A stretch of 64,000 nucleotides of DNA from Amoebophrya sp. A120 (lineage: Eukaryota; Protista; Dinoflagellata): positions 286,515 to 350,514 of the forward strand of contig CAJINV010000024.1 in NCBI GenBank assembly GCA_905178155.1, given 5' to 3'. Shown here in pieces: positions 10,501-22,786 of the stretch. Position 1 is the stretch's first letter. Each line of letters starts with the position of its first letter. Below the pieces are notes generated by a model. The model ran no database searches, was not told the origin of the DNA, and saw nothing but the letters and a program-made list of their open reading frames with translations. A program made the translations under genes and the position numbers.

Positions 10501-13328
10501 GAAAAGAGTGGATTGAGTATTTTGCATGAGAAATGAGGGGGAACGGGAGTTCTTGTGCACTGTCACACATCACCGCGGGCATCCAGAAGTACCAGGACCT
10601 GCTGAAATTCAAGGAGTACGTATCGTGAGGAAAAAACTGTGTAAGTGTAAATCTGTGATGCAGAACATGCAACAGAGTTACGCCTGTCATGCCAGACAGC
10701 CACGCAGTCCTCTTTTCATGTGTGTTTTCCCTAATCAACCACGCATGACAGGTTTTCTCTGTCATGTGGAGCAAATTTGTGATGCTGTCAGCCAAAGAAA
10801 GTTACACTAACACAGTTTTTTTCTTGGATATTACGTGTGGCGGAGGTTTGGGATTGCGAAGAGGGAGAACATATCCTGAGTAAAAACGTCTCCTCTCGAT
10901 TCCTTTCTGAAAATTCGAAATTTCTCTGTGCTTTAAATTTGGTCTTTTCCAGTACATAAACACCCCAGAGTTGTCATGCAAATCTACATGCTGAAAATGT
11001 TTCTCATGCGGAGCTCCATGAGAAGCATTTTCTAGTCGTGTTTTTCAATTTGTCATGCTCCAATCAGCATGGTAAGCTAGATCTGTGATGCTGCTGAGCT
11101 AGCTCAAACAGCACTACACTACGAATCCAAATTTGTCATGCAAAACAGCCAAAACTTGCGGATTTGTCTAGCCGGTTCCCCATCCTGCCTCTGGTGTGAG
11201 TACGTTTTTACTCAGGATAGAACAAAGAACGGGATTATGCCGGCGCGGGCGGGGTACTGGTTCCTGGTGCAGCATCTTCGACAAGAGCTAGTGCGCCCCC
11301 TACTTCCGTGCTGTACAACATTACCATCGTGCTGAAAAACCGGCATTCCGCCGAAAACTGCTGCGTCATGACCAACGCAGACCAACTGAAACGGTATTTG
11401 CTGCGAAGGTTCTTCAGGAGTAAGAGTTCAGGAGCCACCAGCACCGCTGCAGGACCAACTACATTCCGCGAGGACACGGAAAGAATGAAAGATGTTGCAC
11501 CTGTTCCTACGTCGCATGGCTTTCAAGTTGAAGAATTGTCTGGGCTGCAACTACAGCGCGCAAGCATCGACCAAGTGCTGCTGCTCAACTGGTCGGATTT
11601 GAAGGGCAGCTGGCAGAAGCAAGTGGAGGTTATGGCGTACACGGATATTCTGCTATCCTTCCCCGGCGCGGACGTCTGCAGCTCGGTGTTTATGCCCACA
11701 GTGAGTGGCTTTATTCTCCCCGATCGACTGCTGGGCTGGGCGCCAGAGGAAAAAGACACGCTCGAGCTGGTGCGGCAAGACGTCAAGCAGGAGAAGCGGA
11801 AGCGAGGTCTGAGCGAACAGAGCCACGAGGTGCTGCAAGTGGACGCCTTTGGAAAAATCGTCGTGAGCAGTAGCGGCGGCGGCGAGAATTCGCAAGGTCG
11901 TCGTAGTGCTCTGCATCAGAAGCTCAATCTCGAACAGCAGGTGAAGCTGTTTTACCAGCGCCGGTTTCACCGCTTTTTGAAGGTGACCGCGACCTCCAGT
12001 GCAGTTGAAGAGGAACAATTTGGGGAGGATAGTGGGCAGTTTCCTGCGGGTAGTCCAGGCGAGAGCGCAGGATCCCCCACTTCCAGCGTCGTCGACTACA
12101 TGCGGCAGCATTTGCAGTATCAAATGCAAATATGTCTGGGTCTGGAAGATTGCAACTTGTCATGCTAAGTCTGAATCAGGCAAAAGACTGTGTTGCATGA
12201 TTGCCAAAAGCTGTGCACTTTTGACCTAATCGAGAGGCAGTTTCTCATGCAGGATAAGCATTGGAAAGGTAAAGGTTATTTCGCAGAATCTGTCATGCTA
12301 TGTCCTGCATACCACACTTCATGGGTTATGGAAAATCTGCATCACAAATCTAACAATCTTCCAGACCCAGACACTTTTGCAATCCATATGCAGCAGCACG
12401 AGGTGAATTCCCACGGAATCTCGGCCAAGGGTTGGGAGGGCCTTGGCTTCATCGACATGGTCTTCACGCACCGGCTACCAAATGTAAAAATGTCTGGGTC
12501 TGGAAGAATGCAACTTGTCATGCTAAATCTGAAGCATCCATAAATGTGTGTTGCATGATAGTACCAAAAGTCGTCCAGTTTTGACCAAGTCGGGAGGGTG
12601 TTTCTCATGCAGGATGGGCATGAGAGATATAATCGCCCGGAATCTGTCATGCTAGGTCCTGCATTCCAGACCTCATGGGTCATGGAAAAGCTGCATGACA
12701 AATCGCGAATTCTTCCAGACCCAGACATTTTTACATTTGATACCGGCCCTACCTCAACATCAAGCTGATGCCCCAGTACGTGGCGGGCGTCACGTATGAA
12801 AGTGCACAACATCCTGTCCCCCTCATTTGTCATGCAAATTGCCAAATCCAAGCTGTGCATTTTGGCAGTGTCTGCATGACAAGTCCTGGTACTTAGCCCA
12901 AACAGCACTGCAATCCAGTGTGAATTTGTCATGCAAAACCGGCACTCTTGCTGATGCTTGTCTTGCCGTTCATGCTATACAAATGAGGGGGAGGGGGAGT
13001 TGTGCACTGTCATATCACGAACACCAGCGTGGCGCGGCCGACGTTCGTTTTGTCGCCGCGAAAATCGGTCTTCGAGCAGGTGCCCTCGCCGCGGGACCGG
13101 CACAGTACTGCGGAGTTCGACAACGTCATGTACCGGAAAGCCAACCCGTCCGCGGTGATTCCCCCGGAGTTTCCGCACGAGGAATTTTTCCGCTACGAAT
13201 CGGTCATCAACGGCAGCATCTTCTGGCCGAAGAACACGGTGATCCGAAATGTCCATCAGGGCGGCTTCCAGAAAATCGGCGACCTCGTGGAGAGTCTGCT
13301 GGACTACTTTCAGCGGATCAAGGGCTGA
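4518..13328 (+). CDS. Glycosyltransferase family 61 (DUF563)-like protein, 5' end unresolved, 12 inverted-repeat introns
   Basis: Removing each element + 5 nt gives one open frame: ...RPPNK|IRWFPG...LIRR|WRLDE...CLFRNVCL...HNVGHVILDEILTVF...EIQ|ILLHEK...RCFPELILG...QVEVMAYTDILLSFPGADVCSSVFMP...QRIKG*. Motifs resemble GT61; family assignment is by eye. Confidence 0.75.
4637..6522. mobile_element. Composite introner family C (1886 nt) carrying a captured antisense gene fragment
   Basis: Left TIR TATGAGTTGCAAAAGTATCGGCTACTAGTA, right TIR TACGAGTTGTCGATCCTTTTGCACTGCATA, perfect flanking DR AAGAT; extra internal right TIR ending 4834; 43-nt duplication 4715-4757 = 6438-6480. Confidence 0.8.
4835..6172 (-). 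pseudogene. Captured 5' fragment of an acidic/coiled-coil protein gene inside an intron
   Basis: GCCACCATGG start at 6172 (MAGDSVEQ...), frameshift near 5995-6025 into the E/K-rich ORF 4521..5993, truncated at an introner half at 4834. Confidence 0.65.
6998..7195. mobile_element. Introner family C
   Basis: TATGCAATGCAAAAGCATCGCAC...GTGCGATACTTTTGCACAGGATA; DR GCGGT. Confidence 0.9.
8632..8813. mobile_element. Introner family C (diverged)
   Basis: TATACATTGCAAAAGTACT...AGTACTTTTGCACTGGATA; flanks TAGCA/CACCA; +5 removal in frame. Confidence 0.85.
8912..9060. mobile_element. Introner family C
   Basis: TATCCTGTGCAAAAGTATCGCACTCGTA...TACGAGTACGATACTTTTGCAAAGGATA; DR CGATG. Confidence 0.92.
9465..9717. 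mobile_element. Introner family A
   Basis: TATCAAATGCAAAAATGTCTGGA...TCCAGACATATTTGCAGTGCATA; DR CCAGA. Confidence 0.92.
9790..10072. mobile_element. Introner family B
   Basis: TATTGTGAGGAAAAATGTCCCCACCCCAGAG...CTCTGGTGTGGGGACGTTTTTACTCAGGATA; DR CCCGG. Confidence 0.92.
10338..10567. mobile_element. Introner family D
   Basis: TATGACAGTGCACAAC...TTGTGCACTGTCACA; DR CATCA. Confidence 0.9.
10621..10830. mobile_element. Introner family B-like (diverged)
   Basis: TATCGTGAGGAAAAAACTGTGT...ACACAGTTTTTTTCTTGGATA; flanks GTACG/TTACG. Confidence 0.85.
10872..11219. mobile_element. Introner family B with ~70-nt insertion in left TIR
   Basis: TATCCTGAGTAAAAACGTC[insert]CACCCCAGAG...ACGTTTTTACTCAGGATA; DR GAACA. 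Confidence 0.9.
12118..12388. mobile_element. Introner family A
   Basis: TATCAAATGCAAATATGTCTGGGTCTGGAA...TTCCAGACCCAGACACTTTTGCAATCCATA; DR TGCAG. Confidence 0.92.
12476..12742. mobile_element. Introner family A
   Basis: TACCAAATGTAAAAATGTCTGGGTC...GACCCAGACATTTTTACATTTGATA; DR CCGGC. Confidence 0.92.
12795..13014. mobile_element. Introner family D (opposite orientation to 10338)
   Basis: TATGAAAGTGCACAAC...GTTGTGCACTGTCATA; DR TCACG. Confidence 0.92.
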
Positions 13329-14257
13329 GATTGGATGAAACACGTGTCGGGAAACAGCAACAGATGGCGCAGCGCTATGGCACTGAAAATTTGCGACCGC
13401 GAGGACCTGTAATGAGTATAATGAATTAAGCATCTAAAAAAAATGCTACTGAGTAAAAACAAAGCACAATCTAAAAAGACTCAGAGTCGCGAACAGATTA
13501 CAACAATCATCAAAGCATCGAAAAGTTACAATCATCAAAGCATCGAAAAGATTACAATTATTACGGCGTTTGTTGCCAAAGACGCGCAAGAGCAATACAA
13601 GATATCTGTATCTGATTTTATGACACTCTTCTTTTCTCGACTAAGTTCTGATGGCAGGAGTGTGCCGACGTCCGATGGTACCCCGGTAGTGTGCCGACGT
13701 CCGATTTGATCGGGCGTAAGAGTTCTTGCTGTAGTTCATGATCGAAAAGTAGATCACAAGTAATCGGCGGCTCAATCGGCAGTTCTTCGGCACACGAACT
13801 ATTGAACGAGATTTCTCTATCGTCGGACTCGTATTAAGCGTGCTCGTGTCTATAAGTTCGAACTCTTCGATGCTGTCGTGTTGGGGCTATCTCGTCGCTC
13901 GTGGACTTACTCGACAAAGTAAAGTCGTGTCGCTTGAGTAGATTTCGACCTTCGTTCGCAGAACCACAAACAACTTCAACCTCCTCGAGAGGGAGGTGAA
14001 AGTATCACTCTGGGTCGCTCGTAGAATTTCAGTTTCACGGATCGGAACCGTCAGTCGCGTGAAATTGCAAGGAAGGCTTGCGAGTGACGACTCATACACC
14101 TGAATTAGCGAGAACGCCATGATCTTCATGAAGTAGAAACGCAACGACGTTTCAACAATTACAAAAACCTAGAAAACCACGTCAACCGAGAGAGCGATCA
14201 TTTTTTTTTACAGTTTGATATTTCCAGCGGGAAAATAACTGCTTACGGAACACGAAG

Positions 14258-16928
14258 ATGGCAACACCAGGTTCTGCGGATCATGCGCAGTCCTCGAGGC
14301 CGTTGGAGGTTTCTCCTGCGTCCGAACGGCAGATGTTGATCGAAGCTCGCAAAAAATTGCAAAAGCAGGTCACAGACATGGAGCAGCACGCGGAAAATCA
14401 GCGGGGCCGCTTCAACGCGTACCAGCAACTGCACGCGAAACGCCTCGACTGGCTGATATCAACTGTAAAAGTGTCTGGGTCTGGAAACTTGTGATGCTGG
14501 GTGGCGCATGATTGAAGCGCTTCCAATGGCAGCCAAGCATGACAAGTTTTTGAGAGGCCTTCTGATGCCTAGCATGCATGACAAATTGCGTTTTTGCATG
14601 ACAAAGAAAGCTTCTCTTTTGCTGCTTATGCAAGACAGATTTTCCAGGAATGCATGACACGCATTACAAGTTCCACTTTTCCAGACCCAGACATTTTTAC
14701 ATTTGATAGCTGACGGCGTTTTTCAAGACCGACATGGTGCTGCTCGACATATGGCACAACTGGAACGCGCAGTTCGACAAGATTGTTGGATTAGTGGTAG
14801 CCCTCGACAAGTCGTCGGAAGAACAACCGCAAGAACAGGCGGAAGAAGTAGTAGTACCAGACGAAGATAGGGCGTATTTGAATCAGATGACTGCAGGATC
14901 TTCTTCATCTGCAACAATGCGAACAAACCCACACGCGGCCAGTTTGATGTTCCGGCGTGAAGGTGGATATAATAAGAAGAACGTCTGCGATTTATTGCGG
15001 GGTAAAATACTGACCACTCCCCGGAAGATTTTCGCGGAGTTGCGGATGGGAATGGAAGAGTCGTTGCACCAATCCACGACACAGCAAGAACTTGGCGCAT
15101 CTTCAACTGCGGTCACGACCAAGACAGTAGACCGACTCTACCCCGCCGACAACATTTGGCGGCTCGACAACTGGCTGACCGTCGACGCCCCGGAGGCTTC
15201 GTCGAAGTTGCATTCGGCGATACAAAAAACCACCGACATTTGGCTCAAGGAAAAAGGTCCCGTGTTCTGGGAAAAGTGGACTGCGTTCCAGAAGGCTGCT
15301 CAGGGCCTTCTGGGCAAGGCCCGGGAGTTGCAAACTGCGGAACGCGCTCTGCTGGACGTCGAAGTGCGGGGCCGCAAGTACGCTGAAATTCTACAACTTC
15401 CAGAAGATGATCCCTACGAAGTGCAGCGCGCGCTCGAGAAGGCGCTCGGAGAGAAATCGCGAGCGCTGCGGGACGCGCAGTGGAAAAGTGACAAGCACAT
15501 CATGTTGCTCGAGGAGTCTTTGCAGCGGCGCGGCAAAGAGGTGGAAAAGTACGCTTTGTTGGAGGTTAACATGCAGTACGAACTGCAGGCCGCCGCCGCC
15601 AAGGTTTCGGCGTACGAGCAAGAATTACGGACGCACAGACGCAACGCTGAAGCCGTGCGACAACGCGACCTGGACGTGGAGGAGTTCGAGGTGACGAAGC
15701 TCCGGAAGTCAGCCTTGGAAGACGACCTAGCCCGGGAGAATGACCGGAAAAATGTGCTCGTGGACAAGTTGCACGACTCGGAGCAGGAGAAGAAAATGCT
15801 GGAGCAGCGGGTCGCCGAGTTAACACGAAAATTGGAGCGAAAAGTATGAAGTACAAATATCGATCTGGGTCTGGAAGATGGATGCAATAAACCTGTCATG
15901 CAGAATTTTTATGCGCGACGATGTCTGGAATTATGCAGGACGAAGCATGACAGACTCCGCGAGGTCTCCGTCTCTATCATGCCTAGTATCCTGCATGAGA
16001 AACTCCCTCTCATGTTGGTCAAAAAAAGGCAACCTTTGGTGATCACGCAAGATGACAGATTTTTGTGTGACCCACTACAGGACGCATACCAAGTTCCATC
16101 CATCCAGACCGAGACATATTTGCGATGCATAAAAAGCCAAGCTCGACGACGTTGACGCGCATTTGGAAAGCATAGGCTTCGGTCAGTGCGAAATCTGCTG
16201 TGACGCGTACGTGGCACAAGGTATGACGGTGGCACGTGGTCCAAACAAGTTGTAGCCTGCTGCGGTCCAACGCAAACGGATTAGATGGCTTTGTTGCATG
16301 ATTTTTGTTTTTTATGCAGATCTTCAGCACAGAATGAACTTTCAGTGTCAGCAATAACCACCTGGCATGTTGAATGAATGTAGGTAGCCAAAATCCGTTC
16401 GCAAAAGGCACTACAGCTTGTCACGAGTAATTTTTCCTCGGCACGACGCACGTGAACCAACGGCCGATGTGCTTCTCCTGCGGCCACGGAGCGTGTGCGA
16501 GCTGCGTGGACCTTCTGCGGGGGTGCGGTCGGGATCTGTGCCCAAAGTGCCGCGAGCCGGGGGTACTGCAGGATGCAGTCGTGAATTACGGACTGGAGGC
16601 CGCGCTAGAAACCCTGGGGCGGTGCGCCGTCCCTGCACCTCCGTCGCGCAGTGCCGAGTTGGCGACGCCGACCTTGCCCATGGGGCGTGGCCAGCTGCTA
16701 CGAACCTTTGCTCGGAGATTGTGTTGCCGACAGACGCTGAATGTTCTCGCCCTGATAGTGGGTTGGGTGTGGGACCATGCCTGTGCCTTATGGTGTTGTT
16801 TCTGGCTCGCTGCTGTTTCTGGCTCGTCAGCGATGTGTTGTTTCTGGCTCTCGGTGTTGTTTCTGGCTTTCGCTGAATTGTTTGCTTTAAGTACCCTGAC
16901 TATAATTCTTGAAGCGGTCACGGTTTAA
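14258..16928 (+). CDS. Coiled-coil + C3HC4 RING finger protein with hydrophobic C-terminus (putative E3 ligase), 3 introns
   Basis: Spliced frame MATPG...DWL|TAFFK...LERK|AKLDD...CEICCDAYVAQ|GTTHVNQRPMCFSCGHGACASC...CPKCR; third intron ~16221-16440 is a hairpin GT...CG intron. Confidence 0.8.
14457..14708. mobile_element. Introner family A
   Basis: TATCAACTGTAAAAGTGTCTGGGTC...GACCCAGACATTTTTACATTTGATA; DR GCTGA. Confidence 0.92.
15845..16131. mobile_element. Introner family A (diverged)
   Basis: TATGAAGTACAAATATCGATCTGGGTCTGGA...TCCAGACCGAGACATATTTGCGATGCATA; DR AAAAG. Confidence 0.9.
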
Positions 16929-17893
16929 AAATAAATACCAAAATCTGTTAAAGCACTCGAAAGCAAAGCTTATTGAAGAAATTTTCATTGTCGATCATGA
17001 TTTGGACACCTACAAGTACAAGTACGTGTTGGTTTCTATTGAAGGCGAAAAACTATATAGTTATGGAGTATACCCTTGCAGCAGTTGTAAACATAGTGCT
17101 GCACTCGATTGTGTACGATAGGCCAGGACGGCTTTTGCAGTTGTTTCAAGTAGAATCACCGTGCCAAAAACCAAAATGAAGATGTGACTTTCAAGAGCTC
17201 CCTCGATACAGCTCAAGGAAAACTACCAACCAAGAAGAAGTTGCTCACTTCGTATGGAGGTAAGCCGAGGTGCCAAATCCAACGCTTTGAGCATCACTTT
17301 TTGCACATTCTTTTTCTTGCTGACGAGAAAGTTGTGATCTTGGGCTCACTGCCGAAGAGGAGATGTTTTTGAAAGGGAAAAACCGATACTGAACTGCCGA
17401 AAAAATGCGCTACCACGCATCTCATGTAACACCTGTGTGCCAGCACCTAGCATCCAATATTACGTCGCTAATCGGTTCGTTTTTCACTTCTTCATTGAGC
17501 GACGTTTTTGATGCGAGCGAGGAATACACACAAACCGTGTTGCTATTGTTAGGAGCGATCCGAACCGAGCGTCGAGAGTGACCGCTAATTCGACGAATTG
17601 ACGTCAATTTTTGCAATTCATCGGCCAAAAACTTCGCGTTGCACAATTCGTTGAATCGCGTTAGGTAGATTCCTTTCTTGGAGATGGTTTTGTGCTTTTG
17701 CGTTTTCAGGATAAAGTATTTATTGCGCTAGTCCAATAATTCTTGACTGCTTAGTACCTCTACCTACAAGAACTTTATTTTTTTTTTGGCGATTCCGTTT
17801 TCGTTTTCGAGCTCTAGCTCTACTTTTCTGCCAACAAACCCGAGCTGTTGTGTTTTTGCAGCAGGAAGGACACTAAGCCTCTTCTCATCCAAA

Positions 17894-19153
17894 ATGCCGA
17901 GCAACCCTAAGCTAGACTTCGGGGCCCTGGGAGCAATCCCCCTGGACGAGGAGTCCTGTGTGATTTCGCGCACGGCGTTGCAACAGCTGCAGGACGAGAA
18001 CAAGGAATTGCACGGGCTGCTCCGATGCTGGAATCCGCGGGCTGCTCCGAATGCTCGCTGCGAGCATGCTGAGAAGCAGAGGCTGGAGTTACTGAATACG
18101 CACCTCCAGGTGCGTATTCTGCAGAAATACATGCAGGAATACAAACGCGAGTCGGAGGTTCTGCAGATACGAGTGGTCGATGAGAGAAAGAAGTATAGCC
18201 TTCTTCTGCGGGAGAAGGAAACGGAAATGAAGAACCTCCGCGAACGTCACGATCGGCTGATCCAGAGTAATTACCAGGTCGTAGACACGTTGCGGAAAAC
18301 GGAACGAGCGCTGCGGGAGCTGTGCGAAGACGGAGTGCTCATCGCAACACGCCGGAAAGACGTACAGAGGCAGAAGACGAAGGCCCTCGAAAAGGAGATT
18401 GCGGCGTTAAAGCAAAAACTCGGGGAGCAAGAACAACAACGCACAACAACCCGGTGCAGCCGGAGGTGCAGGACACGAAATCCAGCCGCTTTGTCCAGTG
18501 GTGCGACACCCGAGATCGATGCGGACGAGCCGTACCCGAAACAAGCTGGCGGTGTCTACGAGGACTGCTGCGAGGACTACGAGGCTCGAGCCGTACCCGA
18601 AACAAGCTGGCGGTGGACCGCCAGGCTGGAGCACCAGCCTGGCGGTGTCTGCGCGTTGTGCTGCGAGGACTACGAGGCCCAGCGTATGCTCAAAACAAAC
18701 TTTTCTGGTCTGCTGGCATTGTAAAGTGGCGGATCGGTGGCGTGGAAGCGCATGAGCTAGCATTTACACAGGCACAAAAATTACTTGATACTTTTGATTA
18801 TGACTGCAACACTGCCGATGTTGTGACATGTTCCTCGATCGTTCTGTGGTGCTCGCGCTCCTGACCGTTCCCATTTCTACCGCAGCTGGCATGCCGAATC
18901 GCTCTTGTGTTTGTGCATAAAGAACGAAAGCAAGCGCCCGATGGTGTTTTGCTGCGGCCACGGGGCCGGCAAGGGGTGCGTCGATTACCTTTGCGACCTG
19001 AACCGATGGAACTGTCCGGTGTGCAGGAAACCTGATGCCCTACTGCATGCAGTTCCGTGCTTCGTCCTCGAGGAGGCTATGGGTTCTGATGTTCGAGTCC
19101 CTCCAGCCCTCCAGCACTCCCCGGACCCACCCCCCGTGATTCGAGGCCTTTAG
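17894..19153 (+). CDS. Coiled-coil + degenerate RING finger protein, paralog of 14258..16928
   Basis: MPSNPKLDFG...coiled coil...CALCCEDYEAQ|NESKRPMVFCCGHGAGKGC...CPVCRKP; one RING Cys replaced by Gly. Confidence 0.7.
18685..18919. mobile_element. Eroded inverted-repeat intron
   Basis: TATGCTCAAAACAA...TTGTGTTTGTGCATA; flanks CAGCG/AAGAA; +5 removal (240 nt) joins RING halves. Confidence 0.7.
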
Positions 19154-19899
19154 GCGGCGAAGGATGACCCAGTCTTATTTTTTGATGTTGATCCCAACGA
19201 AAACGAAGACGGACACCACAAGAACTCCTCCCACCCTTTCCTTTGTGGGAGTACCGACTAACTAACTGTAGTAACTTGACGACCATTGAACGAGCGCCCT
19301 AGCTAGTCGCAAGGATCTTGAATTTTTGGAGAAAACAAAGAGCATGCTCTTGAGCAGAAAGAAGTTTGCTATTTCAGGCAGCACCAGCGCTGGAATGTTT
19401 TGCTTTACCGCGACACGGCTTCTCGTAAACTTTTTCTGCAGCGACCAGCCACTGTGTGTTCCTATATGGACTTGATGACACTAAGGCTTAGAAAAAAAAG
19501 AACACAAGCGAATTTTTATTCAAACGAATACTCTTCGAACCAAAAATATATTTTTGATAAAAAATATTCGTTTGGTAACGCATTGAGTGGCGTCGCGAAC
19601 GACATTGGACACCGTACAGTGTGGATGCCACAGCGTTTGCGCCCTCCGGGCGATCGAGCACAGAGGAGTCGCGCCGCGAGCCCTTCTTCTTCTATCTTGA
19701 ACACATTCACAGAGCTTTACTTCAGTTGCCGTTCCTTTCTTCAGTTGCGCACTTGTTTCTCTTTCTGCTGTGAAATTTGCATTCGTTTCCGGGCCCCTTC
19801 GGGAAGAATGCGGCGGAATTGTCGCAAGTAGGGCGGTTTACTTTTTGCTAGTTGTGCACGCTGGGAAGATGCGTAGTGCTATGCGAGCCGGGCGGTCGG

Positions 19900-21880
19900 T
19901 GGCCGGTCGCGAAAATGTATTGCGCATGCAGTAGCGGCCGCTTCGGCTTTTTGCCTTGTTCGGAAGAGCGCGAGCGCCTTTTCGTGTTATGCCAGCCTTC
20001 GCTCGGGGTCGGGGCCAGGAAAAAGCCTTTTGCTTATTGTGCGCGCCTGTTTCGGCGCCATCATTGGTAGTGGTGATTGTGTGCGCGTCGTGTTTTGTGC
20101 TCTGAGGGCGGGGAAAAAAAATTGGCGCGCTGCGCGCTGCGAGCGCACAGGCGCCGCGGTTTTGGTAGTTGCTTGCGATGCCCCTGTCACGTTCGGCAAT
20201 CAGGGGCCGCGGCCGGCCGAGAAAAAAGATGCGGCGTGCTGCGCGCGCGCAGAAGCCCTGGCTTGCTTCGGGGATTGGGGGCTGGTCGAAAAATTTTCTT
20301 CGCGCGCTGCGCGCGCGCAGGCGCTCTGACCTGCTAGGGGCGCGACAAAAATTCTTTTTTCACGCTCAGCAGCCGGGGTCTGGCCGACGAAAAAGCTTGC
20401 GCGCGCTGAGTGTGCGCAGGCGCCTTGGCCTGGGAGCGCCCAAAATTTTTTGCAGCGCGCCCGGCAATCGGGGGCTAGCAGGAAAAGCAATTATCGCGCG
20501 CTGCGTGCGCAGACACCTAAGCACCGCACGCAGACATCTCCGTAGGCTCTTGCGTTGCCTGGGGGCGTTGACAGCTCTACTCGCGTCCGGTAGCCGGCGG
20601 CCTTCCGGGGAGTAAATGCCGCGTGCGCACAGACGCCTTGGACTGGGGGCACGGAAAGTTTTCGTCGTTTGTGAAAGCAGGGGGGTGCTGGAAAAAAATT
20701 TTTCGCGCGCTGCGCGCGCGCCGGCGCCTTGCCTAGGGGCGTCAAGCTCCCCTCGGGGGCTGGCCGGATTGATTGGCCAGCGGGCGCGGTTGCATGCAAA
20801 TTTTTTTCGCGCCCGGAGGTCGCAGCTTTGCCAGAAGACAACTTTGCGCGCGCGCCCCGGCCTGAGAACGCGGGCAGCAAGCTCTGCTCGTGTGCGACAG
20901 CCCGTCGGGGGATGCTCTGAAAAAAAATTTCGCGCGCTGCGCGCGCGTAGGTGTCGCGGCCACATAGGGCGGAGTTTTTTTTTGTGACCGGCGCGCGAGG
21001 GTCTGGCTGAAAAAAGTGGCCAGCCCGCGCGCCCGTTCGTTGTCGCCTTGGTCTTGGATCGCGGAAAATTTTTTCGCGCCCGGCAGTCGAAAGCTGGGGG
21101 GAAAAAACTTGCCGCGCGCGCGGGCGCGGGCGCCGTTGCCTGAGAGTGCGGCGAGCACGCAGCTCTATGCTCATTCGGCAGCCGGAGCTTGGCCGGAAAA
21201 AAATTTCCAGCGCACGCTGCGAACCCGCGCGCAGGCGCTTCGGTCTGGTAGCACGAAAAATTTTTTCGCAATCCACCGGTAAGCGGGGGCTTGTCTGAAA
21301 AAAATTTTCCTGCATCGCGCGCGCCCGCTGGCGGGCGCCTTGGCAGGAGAGCGCGCCCGCGCGGAAAATTTTTTCGCGCCCGGCGATCGGTTACTGGGAG
21401 GAGGAAACATCTTCGCGCGCGAGTCGGTAATTGGGAGGGGGAAACTTCCTCCCGCGCGAAGCAGGCGCGCGGAGTTGTTATCTCGCGTTCGGAAATAGTG
21501 GGCTGCCTTGGAAGAAAATTGCTGCTCGTTGCGCTGCGCGCGCGCAGGCGCCTTAGCCTGCAAGCGCCGCGCGCCTTTTCCTCGTCAGGCAGTTCGTGGG
21601 GGCTGGTCGGATAAGAAAGATCTTCGCTCGCTAGGCGCGCCCAGGGGCCCTTGCCTGAGAGTGTGCGTGGGGCGATGACTGAGGGCGCGGAGCGTTTTTC
21701 TCGTGTCCCCCGACCGGGTGCCGCCCGGGTTTTTTATGTTAATCTCACTGCGCGCACTGTCCGTGCCCAGAGATTCTCCGGTAAGTGTTGTAAACGAAAT
21801 GACCGGGCGCGGGCCGTGCAACTGCAACTCAGCGCAGCTAGGTTTTTTTGCTCCCCGCGCGCGCAGCGTGGCGGGCATGC
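19900..21880. repeat. Degenerate GC-rich satellite with alternating A/T tracts and (CG)n runs
   Basis: Many variants of GAAAAAATTTTTTCGCGCGCTGCGCGCGCGCAGGCGCCTTG. Confidence 0.85.
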
Positions 21881-22369
21881 CAGTCTAAAGGCCCCACGCA
21901 TGCCCGCCCTGTCTCGGTAAAAGTCGCTTCAACAAATAGCCCGCCAAAAAAGTAGGTCTGTGCCGGCCGTCTTTTTCTGAGAGTGAGAAGAACCGCTGCG
22001 CCTGTAGCTCGGTCCTCTCTCTGTTTCGCCCGCGCTTTTGCGCTTCGCGTGTGGGATCCACCTGGAAACCCGGAGAAGCCATGGGGAACACAGGGGCGGG
22101 AAGGAGATTAGGGAGCGGCGTAGGTAGCAACGTGAGTGGGGGGATCGGGAAGCAGAGAGGTTGTGGGGGTGCGCGTGGGTTTCGGGAATGTGGAGGCACG
22201 GACGCCCGCGGCTGTGGGTGCAGTGGTGCAGGCCGTCGCGGTCTGGCAATCGCTCGGGTCGCGCCTGGAAACACCGAGCTGCAGGTCAGAGTCATTGCTT
22301 CGCTCTTCTTGAAGAAGCAGCCTTCCAGGCCTCGTCTCGCCGAAGTGCCAGATGGATGCCAGCATATTG

Positions 22370-22630
22370 AGGCCTCCTCGGCCCTTCCGGGGTGGGCCGC
22401 CCTGGCCCTCCTTGGCCTTCTGAGGCCCCCGTGGCCCTTGTTGGCCTTCTGAGGCCAAGAAGGCAGGGTGTAGGGGGCAAGAAGGCAGGTTGTAGAGGGC
22501 CCTGCTCGGCCTTCTGAGGCAGCCGTGGCCCTTCTTGGCCTTCTGAGGCCAAGAAGGCAGGGTGTAGGGGGCCCTGTTTGGCCTTCTGAGGCCGCCGTGG
22601 CCCTTTTTGGTCTTCTGAGGCCAAGAAGGG
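22370..22630. repeat. Short tandem repeats with GGCCTTCTGAGGCC core
   Basis: About 6 copies of GGCCTTCTGAGGC(C) with spacers such as AAGAAGGCAGGGTGTAGGGGG. Confidence 0.85.
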
Positions 22631-22786
22631 TGCAGGGGTCCGACCAATCGGCCAAACGGATATATCTTTTCAAACGTATATTTTTTTCAAACGAATACTT
22701 TTGCGATATTTTCGCCAATTCCTTGCCTTTTTATGCTTTTGGTTTCTCTTTTTCTCTTTTTCTTTGGAAGTGCGGAGCCCGCGCGT

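Noticed and set aside
9465-13014. Recurring repeats with unique spacers as a CRISPR array
   Set aside because: Repeats are inverted pairs of several families with irregular spacing, spacers are exons, no cas genes, eukaryotic context
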